Origin: the human T2T-CHM13v2.0 reference genome, Homo sapiens
NCBI RefSeq assembly: GCF_009914755.1
Contig: NC_060939.1
Length of the DNA stretch: 64,000 bases
Reading direction: 5' to 3' (one strand)
Shown: positions 1-16,117 of the stretch, one piece after another
How the letters are laid out: each line of letters begins with the position of its first letter
Position numbering within the stretch: the stretch's first letter is position 1
Position numbers and translations under genes: made by a program
The notes under the pieces: model-generated
The model's input: only the letters and a program-made list of their open reading frames with translations
Database searches by the model: none
What the model was told of the DNA's origin: nothing

Positions 1-499
1 AGGTGTGAGCCACTGTGTTGGCCTTATGTTTTATAATTTTTAAATGATACTTTTTATTCTATTACAAAACATATATAATTGTAAAAAACTTGTAAAATAT
101 AAAAGAGGACAAAGACAGTAGAAAAATTATTTACAATGTAATTCCCAAGTAAACACTGATTACCTTTTTTTTTTTTTTTAGAGCCTGTTGCTCAGGCTGG
201 AGTGCAGTGGCACCATCATAGTTCACTGTAACCTCATACATCTCATACATTTTGATATTACTACTTCTGGTTTTATACATAATGTGTTCACTTTGAAGCA
301 AGAGAGTATAATTTTATAACGATTATTTTCATTTAATGATCGTGATCTCATTGCAATTATTGATCATTTAGTTTATTCCTGAACATTTTGTTTTATATAT
401 TTTTGCTATTGTGAGTGGGATATTTGTTATAACTTGGCATTTGTGCCTACACTCAATTTACCTATAGGAAACTAATTTTTGCATACAATTGTTTTAATT

Positions 500-747
500 G
501 GTGCAGTGGCACAATCTCAACTCACTGCAACCTCCGCCTCCCAGGTTCAGGTGATTCTCCTGCCTCAGCCTCCTGAGTAGCTGGGATTACAGGCACATGC
601 CACCACACCCAGCTAATTTTTGTATTTTTAGTAGAGACAGTGTTTCACCATGTTGGTCAGGCTGGTCTTGAACTCCTGACCTCGTGATCCACCCGCCTTG
701 GCCTCCCAAATTGCTGGGATTACAGGCTTGAGCCACCGTGCCCGGCC
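500..747 (-). mobile_element. Alu (AluS, truncated)
   Basis: Antisense Alu consensus. Confidence 0.9.
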
Positions 748-1180
748 TCGGCCTCTTTGTGTGTTTTCGTATATCTTTCATCTGAGTTGCAAGGGGCACC
801 TTGGGTTTCCAGGAATTTTCTTAGCTAACTCTGTTCCTTTATCTATGACCCTTCCTCACTAGTTTTGGATAATTTATTTTCCTTCTTCCTTACTTCACTG
901 ATTTACTTTTCTATTTTATTTAGTTTGCTAGTCATTGTTTCTTTTAAGGTTCTTAAGCATAAATCCTTTTTTTTTTCTGATGGGAAATACTGGGGCATAG
1001 CACTAGGAATACAAATTATGTTTAAATAGAGCACAAAGAACCATCTCAAAGGAATAACTGATGGTGAATGTCTGGTGATTGATTTTATTATGTATCATCT
1101 CTAATGAGGCTTAATAAATAATTGAGGTTTAACACTTAGGTAACCGGTCTGTATTTAAGTCTGAAAATTTTTGTATGTTA

Positions 1181-1685
<505 letters not shown>

Positions 1686-2024
1686 CATGCTGGTAATCGA
1701 AAAAGCAGTTTGCCTCATCAGAGTTTAGAACGTTGAATTGTAAAGATCTTTTTTGTAGTCCTAGCCAGTTTTAATGGTAACATGAGCAATTCAGTTACTT
1801 TCTCAGAGTTTTATATTTTTATCTGTAAAATGGAAATTATGGTACCTACAGTTTAGGATTTTTGTGAAAATCAAGTGAGACTGCAAGTGTCTTGAATAGC
1901 AGTGGAAGTACATTGATATAGGTGATATTTTACAGTGGTGTCTTCCTCAGCATCATATTAGTTCAGTGTTTTAAAGCTCTATATTAGTCACAGAAACAAA
2001 GTCAAATTTTTGTTCTCATTTCAG

Positions 2025-2149
2025 ATTACAAGTGGACACCTGAGTCAGCAGGACCTGGAATCCCAGATGAGAGAGCTTATCTACACGACTCAGATCTTGT
2101 TGTCACCCCCATTATTGACAATCCAAAGGTGCAGAAAGCACTCTGACAA
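2025..2149 (+). pseudogene. ULK4-derived exon (FAM7A exon C, 125 nt with the downstream donor)
   Basis: Acceptor tttcag|ATTACA at 2025. Ancestral donor AAG|gtgcag at 2129, second donor CAA|gtgagt at 2150. One-base deletion near 2087 (TAC ACG AC TCA versus YTDS). Confidence 0.85.
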
Positions 2150-2836
2150 GTGAGTTGTAGACTTTACTGAGATCTGAAATCTGCATAAGATTTTCATTCA
2201 GAATATTATTTACTGTCTAATCTTTCCTGTTTCTCTTGTCCGCTACTCTTTCATTTGTGCTGCATGTCTGCATTTCCAGCTCCCGCTCTGTCTGCAACCC
2301 TTTCCTCTGCCTTCACTTCCGCTTCACTGGAGTTCTAAGTTTTCCCCCCTCTGTTTTGAATGAGTCAGCTCTGCTTCTCACTACTGCTTTCTTCCACATG
2401 CCACGGAGGGGTTGCCAGCCTCTTGACCTCAGACCTTAGCTCTCAGTCCCATCGTTTCTCCATCTGCACTAATGTGAATCACTCTAAGTATTCTAGTCTC
2501 TGATGTGTTTTGAAGGCAGAAGCAGTCAGAGGGCACTGCTCACCAGGCTGGGCTGGGCAGGCAGATCACACGGAAGCCCTGCCCTGTCACAGGTTGTTAA
2601 TACTGCAGGGGAGATGGTGGGGAGACACTATGGGAACTTGAGGAGTCATGGTTCACAATGTACTTCTAAACCACTGTGAGTTTTTTTGCTTCTTGTCTTT
2701 TGGAATATAATACTTTATTGCTGGGGGATAATGAGTATTTACTTTAAAAAACAGATGCATTTCTAAGTCCCTCTGTTTTGTCTTGACTTCCAGCTCCCCA
2801 ACATACTCACATTCCACTACTTATTCTCTATTTTAA

Positions 2837-3170
<334 letters not shown>

Positions 3171-3455
3171 TTCTTTTTCTTTTTTAAATATCTTTTTCTG
3201 TATTAATTCATGACTGTTTTTTTCTTGTCTCATTGGGAACATTAGTGTGGTTTAGAACAATGTAAGGGTTTTTGGATTCATGTTTATTTTCTAGATAGAC
3301 AGCATTTTATATAGATGATTTAGCTGTTTTTCATAATGGAGCTAATTCTTTTTGTGAGTTCATATGTCTGGCAGTGTAACTTTATTATGCTAAGTTTGAT
3401 GTGCATTGGCGCATTTTCAAAATGGGCTTTCTAGAACAATTTGTGATATCTTTCC

Positions 3456-3681
3456 CAGGGGTGTCCAGTCTTTTGGCTTCCCTGGGCCACACTGGAAGAA
3501 GAATTGTCTTGGGCCACACATAAAATACACTAACAATAGCTGATGAACTAAAAAACCAATAAAAAAAAATTGCAAAAAAATTCTTACGATGTTTTAAGAG
3601 AGTTTATGAATTTGTGTTGGGCCATATTCAAAGCCGTCTTGGGCCGCATGCAGCCCACGGGCTGCGGGTTGGACAAGCTTG
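3456..3681 (+). mobile_element. MER30 hAT DNA transposon fossil
   Basis: CAGGGGTGTCCAGTCTTTTGGCTTCCCTGGGCCACACTGGAAGAAGAATTGTC...GGTTGGACAAGCTTG termini and body. Confidence 0.8.
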
Positions 3682-3922
3682 CTTTACACAATATTCTGTG
3701 TTTCCTTTTTTCCTCTTATAACCATATTTGATAGTTTATGGGAAGCCTTCATCAGTGGAAATTTTTGTGTTTAACTTTTAATTCTAAACTACTTTTAGAG
3801 AAAAGATTAAAAAATAGTTGAGAACTCCTGTATAGCTTTTGCCCAGCTGCTCTTAATGTTCACATCTTATAGGTCTATAGTATAGTTAGCAAAACCTGGG
3901 AATTAACATTGGTATAGTGTTA

Positions 3923-4054
3923 GTCAGGCGGGATAATCCTTACCTGTGCCTCCTTTTGGAGGGCAGCAGAATGTGGTAGTTGGAATTGCATGATACTTGA
4001 TTCATATCTCTGTGTAATGATGGCATGCAATACCCTGACTGCTCCTTTCGAATT
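3923..4054 (+). pseudogene. U8 snoRNA (SNORD118) retrocopy
   Basis: GTCAGGCGGGATAATCCTTACCTGTGCCTCC...TTGCATGA...GCAATACCCTGACTGCTCC is collinear with U8. Boxes C and D are degenerate; an A-rich tail follows. Confidence 0.85.
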
Positions 4055-4204
4055 CTTCCTGAAAAGGGAAAAATAAAACATGAGAATAGTGCTGCTAACT
4101 ACCAAATGCATTTGAATTTTACCGGTTGCCTCTAATGTCCTCTTTTTTTTTGTTCCAGGATCCCACATTACAGTTAGTTGTTATGCCTCCTTAGTCTCAT
4201 ATAG

Positions 4205-4566
<362 letters not shown>

Positions 4567-5630
4567 TTTGTATGTTTTTGTAATACATGTTATAAAACGT
4601 ATGACTCAAGTCCTTGACACTTTGAAGAGTAACTGGTTGGGTGTTTTGAAGAATGTCCCTTAATTTAGGTTTGTCTAAGGGTTTCTCATGACTCGAATGA
4701 GATTATGAATTTGGATTATGAGATTAGAATGAGAATATGCATTTTAGTAAGAATACTACAGTAAATACAGTAATGCTGGTTACTTAATTAGTAAAGGTTT
4801 TAAAAATATTACATATAGAAGTTTTGCAGAAGTTAGGTATAGAAATGATGGTTGAATTTTTAATTAAAAGTCTCAAGATGCAGTATCTGGCTGTCCTAAG
4901 CTCATGGATCCAACTACATGGTTTCTTCACATTTCTCAAATAAATTATGCACTTTCCAATTCATGCTATTATGGCTTCCTTGAATGGTGTCTTCTCTGAT
5001 ATAATCATAAAGTTCTAGCCATCCTTCAAGACCGCAACCCACCTTCTACGTCTTCCGTAAACCCGGTGTCAAGTATATCAAGTAAAGTGCTTGCTGTATT
5101 CTCTAAACTACTATTTACAAAAAAAATTCTTTCTGTCCAGGGTTTTGTCTGTAGTTATGTCCTGCCTCTTTTGAATTGTGAAATATTTTCTTGTTTATCA
5201 AATGTTTGTCTCATCTTCCCAACCAGAAAGTCAGCTCGCTGAAAATAGGATTGTGTCTTTTATATCTTTGTATCCCCCTTAGCACTTGACATAGAGCCTT
5301 ACCTTGGCAGGTAAGCAATAGATATTTGTTGAAAGACTGAATTTCTAATTAGACGTAAATTACCTAAAAAGTAAGCCAGGATGGGGTGAATTTTTTCTTT
5401 GAAGCTTTATTTTATTACAGATATCAATTGAAATGATTTTAAAAAATAAATTATTATCTATATATGTATGTTTTAATCTGAAAAGGCATCGTTCTTTTTG
5501 TTTTTGGTAACAAATTTTACACATTCTTTTTTTGTCCTCATTGATTTATTATCTGATATAAGGGACATATAAGGAGACAGATATCCATCTTTAAAATTGC
5601 CTCAAAAGTTTTTTTTTTTTTTAACCACAG

Positions 5631-5694
5631 ATAAGGAAACAACCACCATCGGTTAAATTTGATGCAAAAATATTGCATCTACCAGCATTTTCAG
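5631..5694 (+). pseudogene. ULK4-derived exon (FAM7A exon B, 64 nt) containing the ATG of MQKYCIYQHFQ
   Basis: Poly-T...ccacag| acceptor and CAG|gtagga donor. ATG at 5662 gives MQKYCIYQHFQ in a frame shifted from ULK4. Confidence 0.9.
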
Positions 5695-7129
5695 GTAGGA
5701 TCATAAAGGACTTATCGAACATGTAGACTGTCTGTATACAGATACGAATATGAAATTTATTCACAAATGGAATATTTGTATGTGAACAACTAAATTTATT
5801 TTGTCTTGACAATTGGTTATATTCTTGGGTCAGTGTTATGTGAATTGTAAATAATCTGTAATTCATTTGTGCCAGCTGTTGACATTTCTCAGCTGAGTCT
5901 GGGCTGCCCTGTCCTCTTGTGAGTGGGGAGGTTCCTGTAGATCTGGGCAAGTTTTCCTGTAGAGTGGGTGGGGGGCCTCCTCCCTTCCGTTCATAGAGCT
6001 GGTTGAATTTCCACCATTTATGGCAGGTGTAGGTGCACAGGGTTGGGGACAACAAGGAAGGATTGGGATTCTATTGGCGGGACCAGGACATTTGAGGACG
6101 GGACTAGGTGGTTCATGACTGTGGAGATGGTGTGGGAGTGGAGATACTTAAGGGATAATTATTACATTTCTGTTGAGCTAATGAAAATCTTATTTACGGT
6201 GAAAGTCAGAAATTTTTACATACCTTAAACTTTTTTTTTTTTAACAAATTATATTTTAAGCTGTTAAACTCAATTTGGGGAAAATTATTCATTGTGGCTA
6301 GAGTAGAATCTATGATTTGAAGTAAATTTAAAATATATTTAGGTTTAAATAAACCAGCTAAGGGTTTATATCAGTCAACTTAATTAGTGATAAAAACAAC
6401 CAAAAAAACCTGTGTAGAAGGACGTTTTTGAAAGACCAAAGTGAAGCAAAATATTAATAGTGCTTTCAGTGCCAAGTAGGTCTATTTATGCAAACCTAGA
6501 GAATTATTATCGGGAAATACTATTTCCTTTTTCTTCTTTGAGTTACTTAGGAAATTATATTTACAATTTCTTTGTCTAAAGATTGAGATCAGCAAAAACA
6601 TGTTAGCAAAAAATTTTAGGGAGTATCACATTTCCTAGATTTTGCCCTTTTTTTATAGGGATTTGGAGGTAGGAATTTCAGGTGATTTTAGCTATCATGT
6701 TATCCTCGTTATTTTTTTACAGTAATTTCATTGGAACTTTTTAATAACTGTGTGGTTTGTGCTTTTCTCAATATCTGAGAGTTGATTTATTTATACAAAG
6801 GCTTTTTTGTCTTTTACTCCAGTTGTATTGAACTTTGCATTTTGTTATAATCTAGGTTGTGAGACAATTCTGCTTTAGACATCTGCTTGGTTTGAAAGCA
6901 TAGTTTTCCATTGAAGTGTTTAAAAAGTTTCCATGGATAGATAAAGAGATGAGGAATATAGAAGGACAAATAGAAGTAGTGTCATCTTTGGAGTATTTTT
7001 GGTGTTGACAGAGTAATGTTTTCTTTGTCCTCATCTTAGCTGTCGTAACTCTGTGTTTATTTCTCATGTAATGTTTCCAGCAGTTGTTTTTCTCATCATC
7101 ATACTTTTGTTATTTTCTTTCCTTGGCAA

Positions 7130-7311
7130 TGGATAAGTTATAATTTCTGAAAGACCAAGATTGGAATGACTTTTTGTAACAAGTGTGCTCGCAGATCGAC
7201 TCCAGTGAGAAGAGCTCGGGGACCTCCTGAGCCAAGCTTAATCTCCTTTGCTGTTTGTGAGTGGTGGCTGGTCACCAGGAGGTGGCCACCAGGCTCCTCC
7301 TTTCCCCGCTG
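7130..7311 (+). pseudogene. Dead ULK4 exon (acceptor AG>AA, four in-frame stops)
   Basis: ccttggcaa|TGGATAAG has no AG. Stops at 7141, 7177, 7228 and 7258. Donor CTG|gtaggc is retained. Confidence 0.88.
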
Positions 7312-7583
7312 GTAGGCCTCTGTGACATGACTTATGCATTTAAATTTATGTTTTTTATAGAGGCTCAAACAAGTGCTAAAATAGCAATTTGATTTAACTA
7401 CCATGAAAAAACTGATTTATCACGATTTTAGGTTTATGCAAATTATCCTCTGCTTAATCCTTACGTCTTAAAGTAGATAAGAGTAGACGGTGATTTTGAA
7501 CTTTTTGTTGTTGTTGTTGTTTGTAATACTCAGGTTTCCATTTTATGTTAACTTGTAAGATTTTTAAAAAATATGTGAAATCA

Positions 7584-7937
<354 letters not shown>

Positions 7938-8614
7938 TGTGATATCATAAGACAGACCTTTTCCCTTCTCATCAGTGACTGGAATTAACTGCCCATGTGG
8001 AACGGGTTGTGGGTGTTGGTTCCTTTACTGGGTCATCTGGTAAACTGCAAGGTTTCTGCTGTGACATTGAAGGCAGACATCAACCCTCTAAGACATTTTT
8101 TTCCTATCCTCTGGGAATATTACTTTTTGGACAATCTTGGTCCATTGGTAAGCTCATGGGAATTTGTCAGAGTTTTTTTGTTTCTTTTGGCTCATGTTTA
8201 GCATCGATTGGCAGAGTGTTTGGAGTCATCCTCAGAAAGGAATTACAGTGGTTCGGAGGTGTTTTCTGTAGTGGGCCCTCATTTGGGAATTGGCTTGAAA
8301 AAAATGTAAGTTCACTTGCTTCCAGGATGGTATTAAGATTGCTTTTTTTGATAGTTGGCGTGTGTCTATCAGGTAAGGGCTGTCATTTAGAGAATATAAA
8401 GTGGTAGGAGAAACTAAAAGTACTGTTCTTAGTTTTTATTTTAATCTTATTCGTATACAAGTGCCTTTGTAATTTAGCAAATATCATTTTTGGTGTACAG
8501 TATAAATTTCCTTTTTATAAAGATCTGAGTTTTTAACTTTGCTGTCACTTTCTGTGTTTCATGACTTAAATATTTTAATTTTTTCTTTTTTTACATTTAC
8601 ATTTTTTATTCTAG

Positions 8615-8661
8615 TTCCAATTGCTAATCCAGCATTTGTGGATAGCTGCAAACTGCGATAT
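8615..8661 (+). pseudogene. ULK4-derived exon (FAM7A exon A, 47 nt)
   Basis: ttctag|TTCCAATTG...GATAT|gtaagt encodes FQLLIQHLWIAANCD(I). Confidence 0.9.
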
Positions 8662-9554
8662 GTAAGTAACATTTACATTTTAAAAATTATTTCTCATGGT
8701 TTTATTAAGTAGTTACAGCATACATATTTATCAAAAGCAGAGTCCTAAGTAATTATCATAAATTTTCCTGATGTAATGATGAATTTACTCATAGGCAATT
8801 TTTATGGGCATTCCAATTATAAACTTTAGAATATTTAAAAATAGCCCTTCTCCTAATATAGATACGATTCTGGGATTATCTAAGCTACTCCTGGAAACTT
8901 TATTAACTGTTGTTGTTTTTTTATTTTCGTAGAGACAAGGTCTCTCACTATGTTGCCCAGGCTGGTTTCCAACTCCTGGGCTCAAGTGATTCTCCCATCT
9001 CTGACTCCCAAAGTGTTAGGATTACAGACGTGAGCCACTGCGCCAGGCTAACTGTTACTGTTTTGAGTATTGGTTATAAAATACTTCAACCCTGATCCCT
9101 GTGTATTAATTTAGTTATACTTCCTCAAAGTTTCCCTTGGGCACCCTTATCTGTCCCTATGTAGCACATAGCTTCCCTATGATGTTATTTATAATCTAAT
9201 GAGATTAATTATGATTTATAAACTCCCGATGGAAGGAAGTGTCCTTACTTTTTATAGAAGCAACATACCAGGTGGAAAGCACCGTAGATCAAGTGTTAGA
9301 AGGCTCTGGGTTCCTGTTGCCTATAAGACTTGGCCAAATGATTATCTTTTTCTCAATCTCTGTTTCCTGGGGAGTGTGGGTGGGACAAGGAAATGGCATA
9401 GGTTTAGGATTCAGACAGACCTGGGTGTGGATCAAAGATCCGCTTTCTGGGCCAATTACTTTAATTGCTGAGCCGCAGTTTCCTCATCTGTAAAATTGGG
9501 ATGGGATAACTACTTCATAGATTTTTGGTAATTATTCAACTTTGAATGTGGTAA

Positions 9555-9860
<306 letters not shown>

Positions 9861-11397
9861 GTATAGTGCCTGATTCTTAGTGGGTATTTCATTGACAGTG
9901 GGGTTGGGGTTGTAGAAGTTGTAGTTATTATCATGAAGCTTGCTTATCTCATGATTGTTAGGACAGGCACATGAAAAAACGGAGGTGAAAGGATTTTGTG
10001 AATTGTGGCAGTGGTATAATAATTATTCTTCTATGCTGGTGAAATATGGGTGAAACAATAGGAGTTTAGAAAATGTTTAATAATAAGGGTAATTCTTATT
10101 ATACGTCTTCTAATGTTACTCTCGCAAAATAAAATCTGGTAATAGAAAGTAGGATTTTTAGGTAATGGTTGAGCATTTAATACTTTGAGAAGGCTTATGG
10201 TATGCTCATTAAAAATGAATCAATGAAATATGTATCTAAACACTTTTATTTAAAACGTGTTATATACCTGAATGGGGTGCTCCCTGCTGACATTTTCAGA
10301 CAGACATTCCAAATCATTTCCGAGAACAGTCATCCCTCTGTATCAGCCAGGAGAATGGTTCTAGTATCCCCTTGGATACTAAAATTAACACATACTGTTT
10401 TTTCCCCCACTGTTAAAAATTGAGGTTTGATTGTAAAACAGTTTTAATTTGAATAAAATGATACTGAGGTAGACAAGTTCTCTGGTAGGAATCTTCTTTT
10501 ATTCTCTTTCTCCATCCAAAGCCACTTCCAGCGAGGTTTTCTCTGACCTCAGGTTATATTACCTTGATAGCATATGATAAAGGGTCCTTAACTTAGTCTG
10601 GGAGATAATTATTATTGAAGTAGATACTTAGTTTTGTTTTGCTTATAAAAAATTAGAATCACATGATATAGTTTTTTATGTTTGTTTTCCCCCATAACAT
10701 ATATATTATGTATTTTAAATGTTATCAACATTTTAAAATAAAATACATAATACTTAAGGTAAACGTTTTATATGTTGTGAATATCTGATCATTTTGTTTA
10801 CTATTTTTGGATAGTATTATAATGTTGTAAACAACATTTTGATGAACATTTTTGAGATTAAATCTTCGTGCCCGCTTTTTCTTTTTCCCTTTAGGAAAGA
10901 TTCATAGAACTAGAACAAATGGGTAGAAGGCAGTAAATATCTTTGTGACTTCTGAAAAATTGCTGAAATACTCTTAAAAAAACATTGTATCAATAGATAA
11001 TCCCAGTCAATGTGTTTAAAATGCCTTTTGTTAGAACTTCCAACGTTGAGTATTTATCAAATTGTATATCCTTTTATCCTTGCCAATCAACTTTATGAGG
11101 TATAATTCATATATAGTAATAGTGTAATACTGTAACTTTAAAATGTGTTACTTGTAAATTACACATAATTTAAAATGTTCCATTTTAGCTATTTTTATGT
11201 GTACAGTGACATTTAGTTCATTCCCATTGTTGTGTAACCATCACCACTATTCATTTCCAGAACTTTTTCGTCATCTTAAACAGAAGCTCTTTACCCGTTA
11301 AACATAACTTCCCCTTTCCTTTCCCTTCCCCAGTCCTGGTAACCTATACTCTACTTATTCTATCTTGGTAAATTTGCTTATGGTGAGTACCTCATAT

Positions 11398-11897
11398 TGC
11401 TACTGAAACATCGAGGGGTTTGGTCTAGGTCCTGTTGCTCACAGCGCAGAAAGCCAATCACGGAGACGATGAGTGTTGCTAGGGAACAAGGCTTCAATTG
11501 GGTGCTGCAGCTAAGGAGATGGGAGATCAATCTCAAATTTGTCTCCTCGACTGACTAAAACCACAGGTTTATTTAGCAGGGAAGAAATGTAACCATGTAT
11601 GGGAAAACAGGAGTTAGGGAAGGGTGAGGGAGAGGAGTTGGTCGACAGGAAGCAGGTAGTTGGTTAGGCAATTGTGATGGGTGAGGTGGTCTGGTGTCTT
11701 ATGGTCCAGATGTGGTGATCTGGTAAGTTTCAGTTCCTTGATAACTATCTGGGAGGCCTGATGGTTGGTTTCCCAAGAAAGGAACTCAGATAAGACAAAT
11801 GTAACTTTCTCAAGTTTTAAGACTGGGAGGGTCAATTTCTATCTTTATTTTAAAAGACTGTAAACATCAGTTCTATAGGACAATTGGGCTGGTTTCA
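11398..11897 (-). mobile_element. ERV1-class solo LTR (LTR26-like) inserted in an old L1M fragment
   Basis: Minus strand begins TGAAACCAGCCCAATTGTCCTATAGAACTGATG and ends ...GTAGCA, ~500 bp. It interrupts L1M 3'-end sequence. Subfamily is from memory. Confidence 0.65.
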
Positions 11898-12143
11898 TTT
11901 GCAAGGTTTATCCATGTTGTAACTAACATGTGTCAGCATTTCATTCCTTTTTAAGGCTGAATAATATCCCTTTGTATGTAATATACCACAGTTTATCTTT
12001 TCATCTGTTGTTGGGCACTGGCTTGTTTATATCTTTTGGCTATTGTGAACAATGCTGCTATGAACATTAGTGTTTTCACACCTGATGGGTATGAAGTTAG
12101 TATCTCATGGGTTTGATTTGTATTTTGTGACTAGTGATGTTGA

Positions 12144-12584
<441 letters not shown>

Positions 12585-12749
12585 TGAGCTGTCTTCTCTT
12601 TACTAACTGTAGCTCTGTAGGACTTGGGAGTCAACCTTACCTTCTTTTTTCCTCCCTATTTTGTAGGTCTTGTTTGAGTTAGCTTTTCTTTTTATTCCAG
12701 GCCTGTAAATTTTACTAGATTGTCTCTAGGAATTTCATTTTACTAATTT

Positions 12750-13271
<522 letters not shown>

Positions 13272-13389
13272 TAGATTTCTTCCTCTCTATTTCACCCTTT
13301 TTCTGTTCCTGAAACCCCTACAGGATGGGTGTGGGAGTTTGTGTCTCATGACTCTTCTTTCAAATTTTCTTTTGCTTTCTCACTTTCTC

Positions 13390-14150
13390 TTGTTTATTGA
13401 GATATAATTCACATACCATAAAATTCACCATTTTAATGTGTACAGTTCAGTAGGTGTCAGTATATTGAAAACTGTTCAACCATTGCCACTATCTAATTTG
13501 AGAACAGTTTTCTCACCCAGTGAAACCCAGTACCCATTCTTCTCCAACCCCTGGCAACAACTAATCTACTTCTTGTCAGCTGATTTGCTATTCTTGATAT
13601 TTCATATAAATGGAATCATACAGTGTGTGGCCTTTTGTGTCTAGCTTCTGTCATTTAGCATAATGTTTTCAAGGTTCCTCCGTATGGTGGAATGTGTGAG
13701 TACTTCATTCTTTTTCTAGCTGAATAATCTTTGTATGGCTATTCCACATTTTGCTTATGTGGTCTTGATGGACATTTGGGGTTGTTTCCACATTTGGCTA
13801 TTATGAATAATGGTGCTCTGAACATTTGTCCACAGGGTTTTGTGTGAACATATACGTTTTTATTTCTCCTACAGTGGTGAGATTGCTGGATAAAATGGTA
13901 ACTCTGTGTTGAACCTTTTGAAGAACTGCCAAAGTCTCTTTGTTAAACTTTTATTTTAGGTTCAGGGGTACACATGCAGGTTTGTTATATAGGTGAACTC
14001 ATGTTATGGGGGTTTGTTGTATGAATTATTTGGTCACCCAGGCACTAAGCTTGGTAAGGACCAATTGTTATTTTTTCTGATCCTCTCCCTCCTCCCACCC
14101 TCCACCCTAAATAGGCCCCCGTGTCGATTGTTCCCTCTTTGTGTCCATGC
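13390..14150 (-). mobile_element. Old L1M 3' fragment followed by a short older L1PA 3' end (13945-14148)
   Basis: L1 3'UTR motifs (TTTATTGAGATATAATTCAC; GGGGTACACATGCAGGTTTGTTATATAGG). AAACTTT flanks both sides of the L1PA piece. Confidence 0.75.
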
Positions 14151-15519
14151 AAACTTTCTTCTTTTATTGCTCTTCCTTGACTTTATCTTTGAGCTCTCAA
14201 ACTTGATATTTATCCCCACTCATTTTATTATTTAGGATTTCCAGTTAATTTTTTAATTTCAACAATCATATTTGAAAGTTTTTGTTCATTTTCTTTTTCT
14301 CTGATTGGTCCTTTTTCCTAGCTGCCTATATTTGGTATATAATATACTTTTGAATTTGAGGATAAATATTAGGATTATAAAAATCCTCATCTTGGAGCAG
14401 AATTTAGAATTAAATATTGTTATTAATATTTAAGGCTAAACATTAGGATTATATAATATAAGCCTGGAACCTGGACTTTGAAAAAAAGGGAACAAAATTA
14501 GGATTATGAACATTGTATTCTTATCTCTTGAACTTGCAGGTCACTTCTTTTTCATCATGGTCCTGCTTTTTAATGCTGTTTATTTCTCAAATGCCTGGTG
14601 ATCTCTGGTTCTTCATTTATATTATGAATAAATGATTAAATTGATTGGTATAGAAGTTGGCAATATGAGTTTCCTTTATTCTTGCCTAAGTCTCTTTCTC
14701 CAATAGCTTCTCCTTTAAAGAAAGGGCTGGTATGTGGGTAGGTGAGGCCTGTTGACTGGTTGACTTTAATTTGGGATTCCAGCTGGCTGAAGATCAGTAG
14801 GCAGGCTGGAGGCCTCTGCAATTGCCAGGGTGGGTTTTTCTTTGCAGTGGAGCTGGCTTTCCTCATTTATTCCCTTCCCCGCTTCGGTATCTGGAGGACC
14901 ACAGTTGCTGCTTCCCACATCCATCCATCCAGTGAGCAAGGTGGATTGCTCACTGTAGGAATGATTTTCCACATTTACTCAGGAGGCCAGGGCTGCAGGG
15001 TTTATTCTGTGTACCAGGGAAGGGAGATGGAAAAGAGACAGGACCTGATTGGCTCTGCTGTTCCTTGTACAAGGACACAATTTTTCCTTGTGCAGTTGTT
15101 TAATCTGATTATTGTCCTGTGGCTCATTCTTTCTTTTTGTCTTTGTTTATTCCAAGTCCCTGAGGCTTCCTTGGGAACGTCTGTCTACCTGTGGTTCTTA
15201 GACAGGGGATTCCTTTGTTGATTCTCTGTCAGTCTTAATTCTATTTGTGCATGTCATCTGAGATTTTCTCAAACTTTCTAGTCCACTTTTAGCCCTCCTT
15301 TTTGTTTCCAATTATCATTTAATAAAAAGAGCTTGTATTTTAGAGACTCTGGAGGGTTCAGAAAAGTGAGTGTCAAGTGTTCAGTGTGCAATCATTAAAG
15401 ACAGAGAATATCTCATAAGTTTGCATCTGTGTTACTTACACGATTGTGATTTACGGATGCTTTATTTCTTTCCCTTTCCCTTTTATTTTTCCTTTTGTTT
15501 CTTTTATGTATTTATTATT

Positions 15520-16117
<598 letters not shown>

